A program made the position numbers and the translations under genes. From assembly GCA_030141605.1 (NCBI GenBank), contig JAQGDQ010000180.1, forward strand, positions 186,001-250,000: 64,000 nt of DNA, in the 5' to 3' direction. The stretch's first letter is position 1. Each line of letters starts with the position of its first letter. This stretch comes from Tubiluchus corallicola (Eukaryota; Animalia; Priapulida). Of this stretch, positions 13,501-25,832 are shown piece by piece. The notes beneath the pieces are model-generated. The model searched no databases. It was not told the DNA's origin and saw only the letters and a program-made list of their open reading frames with translations.

Positions 13501-16500
13501 AATTTACAATCATTAAGATTTTAATTTTTTAAAATGTTTCTGTTAACTTTAAATCTAACAAAAACAGGATAAGCAGTTTTCCGTCAGCAAAATTATTACT
13601 GGTAAAAAGTATACATTTTATTAACATGGCACTACACTTTATCATTTATGTCGTTAGCACTAATTAAACTATTGTGCAGGAAATATTTGTGCAGATTTCT
13701 TTAAACACAAAGTTTTGCTTGAGTCCAGTAATATCATAAGAAAATGCAACTAAATTATCAACTTTATCTAAATTACATCAGTTCTCTTTAAACGTTCCTA
13801 TATGTGTGCTTGGATAGCAAAATCGTCCGTAAGTGAAGAACTGCTTTTAAAAATATTATTACTGAGCAACGCTCAACACTGTTGAAGAAGGGAAGATTTT
13901 TAACACAAAATGTCTTATTTACTTTTTATTTTAAAACTCTATTGCTTGCAAAAAATATGAGTGTGAGTGCACAGCAAAATCGTTCATAAGTCGGCAATTA
14001 CGCTTTCCTAGTTATTCACATATCCTGACTCTTCATTTCATGAGGATTATTTTGATACCAAGCACAATGCTCTATGTTATTTCTAAGCTGAGATAATCCA
14101 CATTGAAGTTGAACAGCAGGGTATGCACTGAAAAACATAACCTTGAGAAAATCACTGTCAATGCTAGCCATTGTTTTTTGTTGCATTTCTACAAAACACT
14201 TAGCAGCCGAACAAATGTTGGTTGCTACGAACTTTACAAGAACACATTGAAGTTATGTTTAAATCCAGTAGATGGCTCTTCCAGGCAAAGATCTGGTCTT
14301 GTCAACAAAAAAGCTGAAGCAAAATGACAGCTTCCACGAGCTACAATCTGAGTTTGAAAATAAGTTTTTTACAATTGGATTACTAGGTTCTAGACAAAAA
14401 AGTGGGTGTGGGGTTATAAAATTAAATTTTTAGTATTTCTTGAATATTTGCCAGATACTGGAATATAATAGTCCTATATATATATATATATATATATAGG
14501 GAGCACTTGTTTTCATAAAAAACAAAAAAATTGATATTTGACCAAATTTTTGGTGCATTCTACTTTCAAGCATCATAACATAGTTTCAACTACGCCGACT
14601 TATGGACGGTTTTGGTTTGGAAGCACACATATAAAGTTAACCATGATATTATATAAGTATTAACAACTGTTCTGGTAACGAAGAGTATTATTTTTTTTTG
14701 CTAACATGAGTAATCAGTTTTCGAATGAATATCCAACTTACTGTAATGCACGCCGTATTTTAGACCAGGCTTTACAATCCAACCTTTGGCCGTGTAGTAA
14801 TGATAAGCTACGTAACTAGGAACAAATTCTTTTTGTCGCGATGTAAACAGCTGCCACATTTGCTGAATGGACAGCGGTTTCTCCTGAGACAAAAAATTAA
14901 CAATGGATTAGAATAATAGACAAGTTATTATATTTCACACGGTTATTGATGACAAAAACAGTTGAAATTTTTAAATTAAGTACCACAGTCCACAGACTTG
15001 TTTTGCAATAAGCATTTTCACAATTCCAGCGATTGATGATGATCGTAAAAAGGCCAAAGGTTAAGTGTACCAGACAACGCATTTGTGTACACTTGACAAT
15101 TCCCCGCAGTCCATGCTCTTGTAATAGCAACACTTTTAATAGCTAGCTAGAACCTTACCTAGTTCATTTTTTCTTGTTCCCAAACAAGATTCTGCTAGTA
15201 AATCACTCTATGCTCAGACTAATGCATAAGTCCATGTAAAATAACTGAAGGTACTGAATTGATGTGGCAAACGGCTCGGCTTTACACACACGTCGTGTGA
15301 CGATTGTAATTAAGACATGTTGCTGTGACACTTAACCTTTGACCTACAGCACCTGTGTGTGCACAAGGAAACTGTGAAAAGGCTTATTGCACTCGTGTAA
15401 TTACATTTAGTAGCAACAAGTAAACTCATAACAATGAAATAAATAAATAAATAGGATACTTACTCCACTTGGCGGATGCACTGAAAGTACGCCTAATCCA
15501 TATGTCAAAAAGAAGGCCTGCAAATGATAACACTAAAAGGTAATTTCAAAACAAACTATATATACATTTAAACCAAAGCTATACCCAATGTTAAGCTGTA
15601 TGTCAAAACAATCTACTCCTTAAATTATTGAAAGGAAACGAACGATTTTTTTCAAAAATGAGTTACGCGAAAGAATTATTACCACACAAACGCAATTTCA
15701 CGTACATGCCACTAGTTCTTCGCTGTTACATGCACATAAAGCAGGTGCTGTACCTCTCCGTTCAGACGTGTTAGTTTCTGACGAACTACACACGTTCGAC
15801 AGCTCGTGCGTGAACACAACAGAAAATTTGAAATTTGTCTTAAAACTTGCCTAGTTTTAGTACAACATGCTAAATATCTTATAGTACCACTGTACTTCAA
15901 TTTTCGCTTTCGCAAACACGCGCAACATGCTCGTGGAATATTTTTGCTGTTTGAAAATTATGTTAGCTTGTGGTGTCATCAATAACTGGGCTCACCGGCC
16001 ATTAATTTAGATTTTGATCTATTATTTAATTATCAGAAATGCTTTTGCAGTATCAATTGTCCTAAAATGTATACTTTTTATCAGACTTGAAAATGAGGCA
16101 TATCAAAAATCATCCTGCTTCCTTTAAGAAGATTAGAAAGTTTGATTTTCAACAAGAAAAAATTTGTTTTCTTTCATTTTTATTGCAAAACAGTTTATCA
16201 TACATAAAAAAAAGAATAATCAATATTTTTAGAAACTCGACGATGATGATTATGTTATCTAATTGATCATTTTGAATCACACTAATATAACTATTTGTGC
16301 TAGCTGGCTAGCTGATTTTTTTTAAAAGAAACATTAGCAAAACATAGAGAAAGAAAACTGTGAATAATACAGAAAAGATACGTACTTCTTCAAAAGTCAG
16401 GATTAAATGTGTTCCCTTGTCATATACCGAATATACAGACTTGTTATGAGACGACTTTCTTCTGACACTTTCCAAATTGTCCGCATGGGCTGGTCCTGTC

Positions 16501-19500
16501 TCTACCTTACCGGACTCACTAACCTGCCGAGCAGCAGTACGGGCCTCAAGTTTGTCATCTTCAATGATTATAACATCTTTGTCGTCATCGTGTGACTTTC
16601 CTCTTTGATCATCACATACTACATCTATGTCCATTGTCTCATCACTGTCTTCTAATAAGAACACATCTTTATCTTCATCTGGCGATGGTTGTCCCGAAAC
16701 TTCTTTTTGATCAAAAACATCGCGATGCATGCAAGACCTCAACGAACAGTTTTTGTCGGGACCAGCAGTAGATTCACTATTATTCACAGGTATCTGGTTT
16801 TGGGAAACTGTTTCAGTTTCCATTATTTCAATATCTGCAGTCAATTCTTTCCGTTCATAACTTTCATGCATTTCTGCACTAGTGCCAGAACCTATTAGAC
16901 CTACATTTTCATCATCTAAGCATACATGTCCTTCAGTAACGTCAACTTCGTTTTCTTGATTTTCGCTGGATGATTCAACGTCTTCAACAACAGCTACTGT
17001 TCCAGATGCTTCATCAACTTTGACAACGGGCACAGCTGCCAAATCACAAGGCACGGTATTAGTTTGTTCAGGTGTGCTTTGCATCGTATACGAAATACTA
17101 GAGTTTGTATTCGAACTATCACCTTTGTCCAGATCAACTTCAATCAGAGTTGGAATGATGTCATCTTCCAGCAACTTAGCGTCCGTCTTTCCTGCACATT
17201 CCGCAGATGCAGATTTTCCTTGTTCTCCTGATGACTTCTTAAGAGATGAGTCTACTTCAGCTTCGTCACTATGTTTCATCAATGTTTGTTTTGCAGTGTT
17301 AATCTGCAGTGCAGAACATGACTCATATGTTGTGTTATCCACAAATGCAGACTCTTCTAAAAGGAAATAGATAGTTATTATTTCACAAATCAATTGCTGT
17401 AACATAAGTCTGCTTGCAAACCAAAACCATCCACAAGTCGGCATAGTTAAAACTATGTTATCCTGCTTCAAAGTAGAATACACCAAAAATTTGGTCTAAT
17501 GCCAATTTTTTTTGAAAAAACAAATGCTAAACATGTTGGACTTTTATATTCTAGGATCAAATTATCAAGAAAATGCTTAAAAAATACTACAAGTCTAATT
17601 TTATAACCCCTCCCTAATAATATCAGAATTAAAATTTTTTGAATAAACTTCGAAGTAGCAATAAAGGTAACAGCATGCACAAAAAACTTAATTTAGCTAC
17701 GAGGTGGCGAAAATAGTACTCTATAGCATTATAAGCACATATAATAATTAATCTATGTAACCAAAATAATTAAGAATCATATTAAGCAAAGAAAACATAA
17801 CGCAAAACACTATACCTTTGCTACCTGATGTTATTAAAATCACATCGTTGCTTTCTAAACTATCAGCTTCTTTACTTCCACAAGGTTCAAGCTGCTTTGA
17901 AACTCTGCTGACAAAAACTGGTGCCAGTGGATTCAATGGTCTGTTGAAGACAAGAAAGAACACGTTTAACACTGTATGATTTAGCAAAAACACATTTTTC
18001 ATAAAGGTAAAACAACTCATTGCGACTCAACGATTTCTTGTGCTGCCAGTGCATTCAATGGTCTGTTGAAGACAAGAAAGAACACGTTTAACACTGTATG
18101 ATTTAGCAAAACAGACTAAAATCCTAATTAACGGCAGGCGAGGGCAAACTATTGATGACATCAAAAATTAACATAATTTTCAACATCAAAAACATTCCAC
18201 GAGCGTGTCGCACGTGTTTGTGAAAGAAAAAATTGAAGTACAGTGCTACTGTAAGATATTCAGTGTGTTGTACTAAAATAGGCAAGTTTTAAGATAAAAA
18301 TTCAAAATTCAAGTTTACCGCTATGCTCACGCATGACCTGTCGAACGTGTAGTTCGTCACAAACTAACGCATCTGAACTGAGAAGTACAGCACCTGTTCT
18401 TGTGCAATGCGTTTTCGAAATGCAGGCGCTAGTTCCAGTCTAACTAGCTAATGCATGTAACAGTGAAGAACTAGTGGTGCGAGCGCGAAATTTCGTTTGT
18501 GTGGTAATAATTCTTTTACGTAAATCATTCTTTAAAAAATAATACGTTTCCTTTCAACATTTTAAATGTAGATTGTTTTGACCTACAGTTTAACATTAGG
18601 TCCGGTTTTGCTTTAAGAAAAATTATGAAGTCCACCAATTATATCACAATTCTCAAGTGAATCGCAGTTACTGCTGCACCTGAAAATGTCTATACAGCAA
18701 TAATATAAATTAACTTCATGTTTAATGGACAGTTTTTTTTTGCAAATTTCTTTGTTACATTTTTCTACGTTTAAGTGAAAACGTTAAAATAAACTCAGTG
18801 ACCTGTTCTTTCCTTTAAGGAGGAAAATGTAATGCCATTGTCTAAGCCTCTTACGTTATATATATTTTACTATTACTAATACTAATACTAATACTGACAT
18901 TTTTGACAATGTTTACAAAACAACTGCTAAATTTAATAAATAAAGAATGGTTGCTCTACAAGAGTTACTGCCACTACTACACTACACACTGTGAGCTTGC
19001 ACAGCGATTTTGACAAAGTTCACAAAAAGTCTAGTTACATGTTTCGCTGCCAATTCAACCTCAATATATCTTACGTTATATTAAGCCTCTGACACAACAG
19101 TCATCTAGACGATAGATGATTGCATTTAATCATCTAGTACACACAGTATTGAAAGTATGCAGTAGAAATTATGTAGGAAATCACATCAGGACTTCACAAA
19201 AAGCCCATGAGCATCAACATTCCTCTGTGTTGGTAAATGTGTATAATTACATGTTCTAGAAACAATAGCTTTTGGATGGCTAACCTCCGCTGAACATACC
19301 CTGAACATAACCTGAGCCTCCGATAAAACAAAACCTTTGCCAGTCTAACCCAGCAAAAAAAGCTAGAAGCAGTAGACCAGAATAAGTCTAATTCACATAA
19401 ACTCACGTGTGCTTTGGTAAAACAGCAGGTTCAATAACATAGTTGTCAGGTTGGTCATCATGATTCTGGCCAGTTCTCAAAGTCCCAAAGCAGCCCTACA

Positions 19501-20797
19501 GTAAAGAAAAAGATTTCCTTTGACAATGCTTTAAAATATTCACCTTAGAATTAAAATCAAAATGAAAATTGAAATAAAATCCAAATAGGTTAAATGTGAC
19601 ATCTTAACAATCTGATGCTGGGTACATAAACACCTTTGACTCACTGTCTGAATCTTACTACTTATAAACACCTGGCTAAAAATGACTTATAAACAGCAAC
19701 TGACTCTCATATTCATTTTTCCACAAAGTTTAGGACTGTTTACTTGCTAAATCTGTTCGAAATTTGCAAAGGAGTCAAAATCAAGCTGGAAAATAAACAC
19801 TTCAAAAGCAATTATGGCATACAGAAATTAAACTTAATAACAACTACACATCGTGGAATTCGAAAATTTGGCAAAACATGTATAGTTATCACATTCCAAC
19901 CAACATCTTTAAGTGGTTAAATAAGGCAAACCATTGAGCTATTGTTATTAGCCATCTTCTATAACAGTCAAGGAATTTGTCCTACGTTAAACAAACTCAA
20001 ATGTTATTTGCCTTAAAAGAAAACCGGACGATTGTGTAAACATTACTTCAGAATAAAGAATGATCTAAAATATTGAAAACTACAATAGCTTTTTTTATAT
20101 CAAACATTTATATTACATTAAACATATTTTATTACATTAAATAATAATTACCTCAAACACTCAAATTTCTTCAAACTTTCAAAGCTACGCACGGCTTAGT
20201 GAATCTACTAAGATTGGCAACGGCACTTTTTTGTCACATGCGCGTGGCCAACAAATATAAGGCGGCACCATGATCATGAACTGCTGTGTTAGTTTCTGAT
20301 GTCACATGACATAGAGTCCTTTTTCGTGACATCACGCATTCAAGCAGTACAGTAACACTTACACAAACGTGCTTGACGCAAAAGAGAAGATGCCTGCCAT
20401 TGCACAAACTGTGGTTAGTTTCTGACTTAGGCAATAGCTGTGTTCCGTTGCCGTTAATTAACTTTCTAAGCTAAACATTTAAATATAAGAAATCAATTAC
20501 TAACTTTACAGGCAAAAGAACATACATTTTGGACAGTAAATTAAAATGAGACTGAATCTAAACAATCATCCAGTTTTCCTTTAAATGCAGTATTAAAAAA
20601 TAATAAAGTTAATTATTCACCCTAGTGGTCAAAAGAGCAATGTGGTCTGGATCATTGACTATCACAGACCGGTGAGATAACGAACCGATGAAATGTTTTA
20701 GAGTACCGTCATCATCACGGATGAATGGAAACGGATGCGGACTCCAATGTGGAGCTCGCCTCTTCCGTCTAGCTTTGGTAAACTTCACCGACGTCAT
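10538..20797 (-). CDS. TSEN2: tRNA-splicing endonuclease subunit Sen2 (9 coding exons, ~622 aa)
   Basis: Phase-consistent GT-AG exons: 20797-20621, 19495-19407, 17940-17816, 17356-16386, 15517-15464, 14883-14742, 13267-13113, 12376-12287, 10603-10538 (1869 nt). The N-terminus (KARRKRR..PFP..GCFG) and C-terminal domain (LILTFEEAFFLTYGLG, YVAYHYYTAKGWIVKPGLKYG, LYKDGPPFYHSTYSV, LNRISEQVAKE, EILLRRWVSSEER) match Sen2. The catalytic Tyr/His/Lys are retained. An acceptor at 20851-20849 precedes the ATG. Confidence 0.93.
12585..12905. repeat. 60-bp palindromic minisatellite, ~5 copies, in a TSEN2 intron
   Basis: Unit CAACTGACTCAGCTTCAGCCGAGCTAGCTGATTTACTGTGTGAGTCAGTTGATGTAGTAG. Confidence 0.9.
13958..14629. 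mobile_element. ~670-bp MITE family A (TIR TGTGTGCTTG..CAAAA(T/C)CGTCCATAAGTCGGC)
   Basis: Long imperfect TIRs. Other copies at 42011-42692, 47328-47956, 52379-53620 (composite) and 17408-17620 (partial). Superfamily not determined. Confidence 0.75.
15007..15388. mobile_element. ~375-bp MITE family B (TIR AATAAGC(A/C)TTTTCAC)
   Basis: Copies at 6125-6483, 23644-24020 (inverted) and 46813-47195, plus a fragment near 35830. Confidence 0.7.
15628..16127. mobile_element. Kolobok-like MITE family 2
   Basis: AGGAA...TTCCT-TTAA termini; related copies near 18120-18560, 48845-49384 and 50920-51100. Confidence 0.6.
20020..20480. repeat. Dispersed repeat; inverted copy at ~60685-61120
   Basis: Colinear reverse-complement similarity (e.g. 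TGCCATTGCACAAACTGTGGTTAGTTTCTGAC). Confidence 0.65.
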
Positions 20798-21084
20798 CCA
20801 GAGCAAAGATTTTCTTGCCAACTCTAAGTACGATATTCATAAAAACCTCTGAAATATGCAAAACTATAACAGATCTTATTTTACTCAATAGTGTGTACAT
20901 GAGTTACCATGGTAACCAACAGAAGCTAGAGCACAGTTGTGAAAGTTTTAGCTATTCTCTGTTTCTTGTAAATCCAGCAACTATTTTAGCTGTGACTAAA
21001 ATTAGGGAAAAAAGTATTGATGCTATAAAAAATGACCACCACAGGCTTGACACATAAATAACTCAAAATTTATATAGCCTTGAC

Positions 21085-21612
21085 CAGTGGCAGCTCGTAG
21101 CTAAATTATGGGGGGTGCTGTTTCAGAAAATCTTTTAGTCATTGTTTTAATACTGTGTAAAACAAAACAAAACATAATTACATAATTTTAATATTGTAAT
21201 TGTGATTTTAAACAAACAAACATATGAAAGTTTATAAACAAACTTGATAACATGCTAAATTAAAAAAATAATTTTTGCTTACTAATAGCCTAGATTTTCG
21301 CAGTTCATGCTTGATCCACTCACGGTAAGCATGTGACAATTGACAACAAACTGTGTGACAGACAGTACTTTTTCTACCTGAACTCAGACATGAGCGTATG
21401 GCCGCATGCGCACAACAGGCAAACACAGTGTCGCTGGAGTGCACTGCGCTGGGCTGTGAAGCAAACAGTACTACCCTCAGATGCTCTGCTTCTGTACAAG
21501 TATAAAGAAAGAACTAAAGAAAAATGACTCATTATATTGAATATTATCGATAATATTGAGTGAAAATGGGGGGTGCTGCAGTTCCACAGTACCTATACCT
21601 GAGCCGCCACTG
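21085..21612. mobile_element. hAT-like MITE (TIR CAGTGGC(A/G)GCTC)
   Basis: 8-bp TSD GCCTTGAC/GTCTTAAC; second copy at 25370-25832. Confidence 0.75.
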
Positions 21613-21877
21613 GTCTTAACAAGTGGCTGATCGAATGTAAACAAAATGAATTCAAAATACAATGCAAACACAATAGGAACTAACTATTACAACTATAAGT
21701 TTCCAAAAATATTTTCATAAAAAGTTTTGAAATATCTTTGCAGACACCTAGAAGGCACACGCACTGTTAAGCATGTGTCTTTACCAGTCTGCAGTAATAT
21801 CATGGTGCTAAGTGTACAAAACCTGATGCATACGTAATGATCTAACGACAGTGGGGTTTACGCAAACTCATTGAAAA

Positions 21878-22265
21878 TCTATCTAAAAGTGCGTTAGTGT
21901 TGATCTATCTAACATCTATCTAAAACTGTGTTAGTGTCTATCTATCTAAATTTATCTAAAACTGTGTTAGTGTCGATCTATCTAAAACTGTGTCAGCGTC
22001 GATCTATCTAAAATCTATCTAAAACTGTGTTAGTGTCTATCTATCTAAAACTATCTAAAATCTATCTAAAACTGTGTTAGTGTCTATCTATCTAAAACTA
22101 TCTAAAACTGTTTTAGTGTCTATCTATCTAAAACTATCTAAAATCTATCTAAAACTGTGTTAGTGTCTATCTATCTAAAACTGTGTTAGTGTTTATCTAT
22201 GCAAAACTATCTAAAATCTATCTAAAACTGCGCTAGTGTCTATCTATCTAAAACTGTGTTAGTGT
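21878..22265. repeat. Compound minisatellite (TCTATCTAAAA/CTGTGTTAGTG)
   Basis: Direct inspection. Confidence 0.9.
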
Positions 22266-24476
22266 TGGCAGTCTATACATACATTCAAACGACTCATTTA
22301 TGTGTTTAAAATTGCTTTAATGTGCATAAAATCAAAACACTATGCCTCGTTGCTGTTCCAGGATTCTTCCCGTAGTTTATTTACGAGCAAGCGGCTGATA
22401 CCACGAATCTCTGCTGTCTAGAATTACACCGCCATGAAGTTGCTACAACCACTTGAAAGCACGTTCTGCTAAAAGCCCAGAAAATGTTTAGTTTAACAGT
22501 GTGGTACACGGCATTGAGTATCAAGTTCATATCCTGAACACCAAGTGGCGTTTTTAATGCCTGCAAACGCTTATATAAGCATTAAATACAAAAAACTGTT
22601 TGCACGACATCTACCATGATACAAGCAGATTGATCTTATTAAAAAAACTGCAATTACCGATGTCATTTTCAGTATTAAATAGATTTTCAAAATTAATTTT
22701 AAAAAAGCACAACCCTAGTGAACATAGTGGAGGACAGGTAATTATTACAAAATGTAATAATTACTTACATTATTATTATTATTATTATTATTATTAATCA
22801 TACTAATTATATCATTACATTTGGTAATTATAAATTATTACAAAAATCCACACAAAAAGTGATCTGTGCAGGGCCATGTTAGGATATTGGCTAGTATAGG
22901 CTGGAGTCTAGGGCACCTCAACCTTGTGGGGGGAGGGGGACGAGAGGGGCCTGCTAAAAGATTTTCAAACACAATTTTTTTTCAAAAATGAGTATAAAAT
23001 GGTTTGCATTGCTGCATGATTCATTTAACTTAAAATAAGATTTCAACTTTAGAAAAAAGGAAGCACCAGAGTCTGAAAACCCAATTTTAAAAAAAGGGAC
23101 CCCTGTTTGTGGCCAATTGTTTGAGAAAAGGGGCCCCTGACTCCATAATTTCATGAGCCTAGGAGCCCCACAAGGTCAGAATCTGGCCCTTGAACCTATG
23201 GTTCTAAGACAGGTTGCTCTATTGTACAAGCACTTTGCCTTACGTTGAACAAATATTTACAGACGTACATAAAGTTGTTAAACATGATTTCTCTCATGCC
23301 TTGCAGTATACAGACATCCATTAACGTACATTAATATGTCCTAAAAGTTGCCCGCTTTTACTAAAGATAATGGAACTTGGTTTTGAATTACAAGAGAACG
23401 ATTAGAAAATTTATAAATAAAAAATGCACAAAATTCATGCATAATAGCTCAGAAAATCAGTTAGTATTAAGCTTACCATTAAAACAATGTAATTTGCTGT
23501 TACTGTAAAAATACTACTAACCACAGTAAATGTAAGAACTACTAGTTTTTTTGTTTACCTTTTATACAATGTAAATGCACCAAGAGAACTTTTTTCAATT
23601 TAAAATGGTTATAGCAATAGATAGCTAGTTACCATGGGAGTTTAATAAGCCTCTCCACAGTTTCCTTGTGCGCACACACAGTTGCTGTAGGTCAAAGGTT
23701 AAGTGTACCCCAGCAATGTGTCTTAACTACAACCGTCACGTGATATCTGGATAAAGCAAAGCCATCTACATCAGTTCAGTAACTTCAGTTGTTTTGCGTT
23801 GATGCATTAATCCATGCATAGAATGATTTACTAGAAGGATTTTGATTGCGAATGAGAAAAACTGAACTAAGAAAGGTTCTAGCTAGCTGTTAAAACTGTT
23901 ACTATTACAACAGCATGGGCTGATGGCATTGTCAAGTGTACACTAATGTGTTGTCTGGTACACTTAACCTTTGACCTTTTCACGATCATTATCAATCGAC
24001 GGAATCCGAAAAGGCTTATTCTCATGCACTAGTTCTGAAAATTTAACATACCCTGACTGCACTGTGAATTTCACGTAACTACAGCCGTCCACTCATCGAT
24101 GATCTTGCCCATTTCACAGACTGTTGAAACTGTGGCCCAGGAATTTTGTTGTCATGACACGTGTACCACGAGTTGATTCACACAAATTTGTGAAGCCCAT
24201 GTTTACGCTGCTACCTTTGCAGGTAGTTGCAACACACAGCCAAACATTAAACTGATTGGCATACAATGCCAACGACTTATACAATGACTTACAACTACAA
24301 TTTAAACAACTACAATTGCTCAACTATAACAAAGAATATTACATCTGCTGGGGGAAAATACAGGACAATGGTGAATAAATGGTAATGATCACATAGCCTT
24401 GCATTTTTGAAAGCCATATTTTCCTTACATTTCCTTTACTTCACTTTTTACCTTATCCCTCTTTATTCTCACAACT

Positions 24477-24916
24477 TTAAAGGACAAGAAATGGTCTAGT
24501 TAAGGCAAGTCTCAGAAAAATTTTGCTAAAGAATTATAACTGTTAGAGGCATCTTAAGATTTTATCAGAATTTTCTGTTTGTTTTCATTTTAAATACTCC
24601 CGCGAGACTGTCACGGCGGCGCCATATTAGTTGGCGTCACAGAACCACAACACAAATCTTTATAGTATACGTGTTCAGAACTCACTGCGACTGTGTTCGA
24701 GTGATGTAATGCCACGTGATCAATCACATGCTGGCTTTTCAATTGGCGGACTAAATGAAACATGTCTGCACCAACAGTTACTGCTGATTTTACAAAAATT
24801 GGAGTAAATGCGAAAACGTGAGTATTTTATTCGCTTAAAATTATACTCAGGTGATATAATTTTTTACTGCGAATTTTCTGAGGCTTACTTTGGTTGGTCA
24901 TTTTCTTGTCCCTTAA
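24477..24916. mobile_element. Kolobok-like MITE (related family)
   Basis: TTAA-AGGACAAGAAA...TTTTCTTGTCCC-TTAA. Confidence 0.65.
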
Positions 24917-25369
24917 GTATGTGTCTATTTTGCCCTGTAGTCAAACCATCCCTCATCATGGGCCTGTGGCATCTGTCAAAAAAGATCAAATATCAAAATG
25001 GGGATAGGTTTCACAATTTGTTCAAAATTATGTTAATGGATGTCAACAGATGGCGAATTGGTGATGCCTCAAGTTCTTAAATTTATCTGTAATATTTTCA
25101 TGTTAATTTTGTTTGGGTGATAACTTTTTCTATTCTATTCTAATGGCAGAAAACCGACATCAATTCTAACAAACAGCGTTTTTTGTTAGTTTTGTTTTTG
25201 TAGCATTTTTGTTAAGGCTTTCTCAGTGCAAGATACTTATGCTTGCTATTAAGTTGGACTCTGATGATCTTGAGGTCCTTGAAAGAGGTGCAGTGACTTA
25301 TGTATTGTATTTTAAACGATTCTCATGACACTTCTTCATTGAAGTATTGACTTTTGAAAATGACTGGTC

Positions 25370-25832
25370 CAGTGGCAGCTCATAGCTAAAATTAGTTGGG
25401 GCGCTGGTTCAGAAAATTCTTAGCCATTGTGTAAAATGAAAGAAATGAATGAAAGTTTATACATTAACTTGAAAAAATTCTAAACAAAAAGAATATTTTT
25501 TCTTACTTATTGCCTAAATTGTCGTAGTTTGAGCTTGATCCATTCACATAAGCACATGACAACTGACAACAAACTGTGTGAGCAACAGTACTTTCTCTAC
25601 CTGGGCTCAGACTTGTGCACATGGCCACATGCGCATAACAGCCAAACACCGTGTTGCTGGAGCACACTGTGCTGGGTTGTGAAGCAAACAGTACTACTCT
25701 TACGTGCTCTGGTTCCGTACAAGTATAAAGAAAGAACTAAAGAAAAGTCTCATTATATTGAATATTATAGATAATATCAAGTGAAATAGGGGGTGCTGCA
25801 GTTCCACAGTACATATACACGAGCCACCACTG
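25370..25832. mobile_element. hAT-like MITE, same family as 21085-21612
   Basis: CAGTGGCAGCTC...GAGCCACCACTG with a colinear interior. Confidence 0.75.

Noticed and set aside
19300-19344. Possible 45-nt symmetric TSEN2 cassette exon (TAG..GG|GTATGT)
   Set aside because: Frame-compatible, but the acceptor is weak, the upstream intron would be only ~62 nt and no homology is recognisable; not included in the model.
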